From Macrostomum hystrix (Eukaryota; Animalia; Platyhelminthes), in contig CATNEN010000024.1 of assembly GCA_950097015.1 (NCBI GenBank), forward strand, positions 7,062,576 through 7,126,575: 64,000 nucleotides of DNA, in the 5' to 3' direction. Shown here one piece after another: positions 60,543 through 64,000 of this stretch (the first letter of the stretch is position 1; every line of letters begins with the position of its first letter). Below the pieces are notes generated by a model. The model was not told the DNA's origin and did no database searches. It saw only the letters and a program-made list of their open reading frames with translations. A program made the position numbers and the translations under genes.

Positions 60543-62867
60543 GGCTCCCGTCGATCGGGGATCGCCGGCTTCAGTCTTTCAACGGCCACTTGAGGCGGGA
60601 CACGTTGGACCACAGCTGCGACGTGAACTGGGCACCACGGGCTGAGGTGATGTCGCTGGGCAAGCCGAACCGGGCGATCCAGTGGGCGATGAATGCGGCG
60701 CCGCAGGCTGCAGCGGTGGTGTCGTTCATCGGAATCGCATCCAGCTACCGGGTGAAGCGTCCACGATCGTCTCAGGTGCGTGTAACCCTGCGACGGCGGC
60801 AGAGGTCCCACGAGGTCGACTTGCACATGGGCGAAGCGTTGGTCTGGCACTCGGATGCTGTCCACTGGGGCGGCGACGTGGCGCTGAACCTTGGCGTTCT
60901 GGCAGGCGACGCAAGTCTTGGCCCACTGGTTGACGTCCTTGTTCATTCCGGCCCACGCGAACTTAGCGGCCACGAGGCGCCGTGTGCTGTGAACCGACGG
61001 GTGGGCGAGGCTGTTGATGGCGTCGAACACGGCTCGGCGGAAATCCGGCGGCACCAGTGGGCGCGGTCGGCCAGTGGAGGTAACGCAGAGAAGGCGCGAC
61101 ACCGGGGCTGATCTGCAGCGGCTCGAGATGGAGGCTGGTGTCGGCAAGGGCGGCCGGTCCGCTGCCTGCGCCGCTGCTATCGCCACGAAGTCCACGCCGG
61201 GGAGCAGTCCGGGCTGCACCGATGCGACGCTGCAGCGGGACAGCGCGTCCGTCACCGGGTTGTCCTTGCCCGCCACGTGCTGGATGTCTGTAGTGAACTC
61301 GGACACATAGGCCAGATGCCGCTTTTGCCGCGCCGACCACGGGTCCGACATCTTGGACATGGCTGCCACCAGTGGCCTGTGATCTGTGAATGCGGTGAAG
61401 GTGCGGACTTCTAAAGAGTAGCGGAAGTGCCTTACCGCCAGATACAGGGCGAGCAGCTCACGATCGAACGCGCTGTACTTCTGCTCGGGCGGGCGAAGCT
61501 GCCGGCTGAAGAAGGCGCCGCCAATCCGCTGCTCAAGCGCCGCGCCTACGGCGGTGTCTGAGGCGTCGACGGTGAGGGCGATGGGCGCATCCGGTCGAGG
61601 GTGCGCTAGCATAGCGGCAGCGGCCAGCGCCTGCTTCGCCCCGTCGAAAACGGCTGTCAGTTCGGGTGTCCACCGGACGAGCTTATCCTTGCCGGCCAGG
61701 GCGGCGTGCATGGATGGGGCGCAGCAGCCGGGCGGCCCCCGGCACGAAGCGGTGGTAGAAGTTGACCATTCCGGCGAACTCCTGCAGGCCCTTAATGGTG
61801 GCTGGCGGCGTAAAACGGACGATAGCGTCGACCTTGGCAGGCAGCGGCACGGCGCCGGCAGCGCTGATCTGGTGGCCGAGGAAATCGATCTCCCTGCGGC
61901 CGAACTAACACATGGCCGGGTTGACGATGAGACTGTTGCTGGCCAGGCGCTGGAACAGCGTACGCAGATGTTCCAGGTGGTGCTGTGGGCTGCGGCTGGC
62001 GACCAGGAAGTCGTCGATATAGGCGAATACGAAATCTAAGTCCTTGCAGAAACAGTCGACAAGGCGCTGGAAAGCCTGGGCCGCATTCTTAAGCCCGAAC
62101 GGCATTCGAAGGAACTCGAAGAGGCCGAACGGGGTGATGACGGCGGTCTTAGGCACATCGGCGGCGGCCATCGGCACCTGGTGGTAGCCGCGCACCAAGT
62201 CGATTTTGGAGAAAACCGAGCAGCCGGCCAGGCGCGACGAAAAATCTTGAATGTGCGGCACCGGGTAGCGGTCGGGCACGGTGGCGTCGTTGAGTCGCCT
62301 GAAGTCGCCGCAGGGCCGCCAACTACCAGAGGCTTTAGGCACAATGTGCAGCGGCGAGGACCACGGGCTGTTGGACCGGCGCACGATACCAAGCTGTTCC
62401 AGGAGCCACCGGAACAGCCAGCTTGTCCGGTCGCAGGCGGCGTGGGCGAAAAAAACTCCTCGAAGATGAGGCAAGGCTGATGGTCTCCGAGCAAGGCCAG
62501 CATCTCGTCCATTAGCTCCGAAGGCCGTCGATCACCGAGCCCGGAGAAGCTGAGTAGGCGGCTGGCCCTCTGCTGCCGGGTCAGGCCGAAAGTGCCGAGG
62601 AGACGAGCTTTCAGTGCGTCGTACTTCTCCACTGTCGGCGGTTTCTCCAGCACATCAAAAGGCCGCTCGGCTGTCTGCTAGTCAAGCGCGGCGATGACAT
62701 GGCAATACTTGGTGTTGTCGTCAGTAATGTTTGCAGGGCGAACTGGGCTTCGACCTGTATGAACCACGCCCTGGGCTGGGAGGCCCAAAAGGTGGGCAGT
62801 TTGAGTGCGACGGCTGACTCAGTCATGATAGTAACCTCAGCTACGGCTGGGGCGGTCGGGCTCACCA
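60543..62867 (-). mobile_element. CsRn1-like Ty3/Gypsy internal region (gag, RT, RNase H, partial integrase), internally deleted
   Basis: gag ALKLPTFWASQPRAWFIQVEAQF; RT SPWSSPLHIVPK..YIDD; RNase H TVDASD..DRELLALY; integrase HPSV..CVACQ, VDLVGPLP, VERLKPA; PBS-like TGGTGAGCCCGAC at 62867-62855. The gag C-terminus and protease are missing. Confidence 0.92.
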
Positions 62868-63096
62868 ATTAGCGTCTCGCAAAATGAAATGCGTCGAGAA
62901 TGCTGCATACAAAAATTTATTATCAAAAGTTCTTTTTATATTGAGCGTGGGGATCGGTGCGAGAGCGTGGCGTGAGTCAAAAACATCCCCGGCTTAGCGC
63001 GCCGGCAGGCGCGGTGCACCCACCCCTCGTCTAGGCGGCCGGGGTTTGAGTGTGAATGCACCGCAGACGGCGCTGCGTGCGGGCTTGGCCGCCACA
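62868..63096 (-). mobile_element. 5' LTR of the CsRn1-like Gypsy element
   Basis: Starts TGTGGCGG at 63096, directly upstream of the PBS; homologous to 55088-55326. Confidence 0.87.
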
Positions 63097-64000
63097 ATAT
63101 TATATCACAAAAATACTTTAAGTTCTGTTTTTCCATATTCAGATCATAATTTACAAAAAAAACTCAGCAGAAAACGTATAAAAGTAACAAAATAACCCAT
63201 GTACATACTGTCGCCCCAAAGCAACTTGTCGAACAGTTTCGGCATCAAAGAAGACTAAGCTTGTGAATTTGTTTTGGCTATTCTATTTACGAATAAATAT
63301 ATTTTATGTCATTATTTTTATTGTACGCCCTACAATATTGGTCTATGCACATGTATTTAGCCTCAATTGTATCCCTCGCAACAAAGATGTCCCTGCCTTA
63401 TTAGGACAGCTTATAAAATTTAAAACACTTAGATTCACAAAAAAACAGTTAAGAGATTTATTATTCGACGTAACTTTTAGTCAGTTAAGTGCACAAAAAT
63501 TGAACTCCTAACTTAAATATTTTCACCAAGATTCTTTGCGCTTAGAACCTATAATTCAACTACATATTATATTTACTATGTCTGCGCTAATTAGTGGTTT
63601 TGCTACTGCGTCACTACGCTTATTTGGACACAGCGCCACAACGAGCCAACGAAATTAGCTATTTAGCTGTTAACGAAAAAAGCGCGATGACAAACTAGAA
63701 GACTGCTATGCGCGAGAGGATGGATTGCATCGAGGGTTATAAACATTTTTCATTGAATTTTCTAATTAAAAAGAACACGAAATTTGGTAAATACGGAAAC
63801 ATTTGTGATTTTTATCTCAAATTATATACTTTGTACGCAATGGAGAGAGTCGTTTCAGGACAAAAAACTAAAGGTGAATTCACTTGAAACTTCAGATTGC
63901 AAGTGCAGTCTTATTTCGCAAGCGTAGAATAATATTTGTCTACAATAGAGGGAAGTAATTACGTATATACTCGTATTTTTAATCGAACTCTCGACTCGCT

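Noticed and set aside
58826-62039. Long GC-rich antisense ORFs over the LINE and Gypsy regions
   Set aside because: Shadow frames of high-GC retroelement coding sequence.

Overview
Eukaryotic (invertebrate metazoan) genomic DNA. The minisatellite-filled introns and repeat content resemble a flatworm such as Macrostomum; this is an inference. 1-17.5 kb: a complete 15-exon minus-strand IA-2/PTPRN-family receptor pseudophosphatase gene (782 aa, rebuilt by hand; every junction is GT-AG and phase-consistent). Eight of its 14 introns are each filled by a different minisatellite, which explains most long ORFs in the track. 20-51 kb: a tandem minus-strand array of four paralogues (A-D), each encoding signal peptide, ~340-aa unrecognised region, two Ig domains, ~170-aa unrecognised region, TM helix and proximal tail in one ~2.6-kb exon. 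The tails resemble the L1CAM/neuroglian cytoplasmic domain. A small exon missed by the ORF track, just 3' of the last paralogue, encodes the ankyrin-binding-like motif EEGSFIGNY. This raises the possibility of a clustered-protocadherin-like variable/constant architecture, the most interesting signal in the window. Also present: a secreted two-domain 4-Cys Kazal gene, a Tc1/IS630 element with long TIRs, Gypsy, piggyBac and RTE remnants, tRNA-CORE SINEs, and a three-layer nest (Gypsy > RNase H-bearing LINE > 800-bp-TIR foldback element carrying an exon-like insert).
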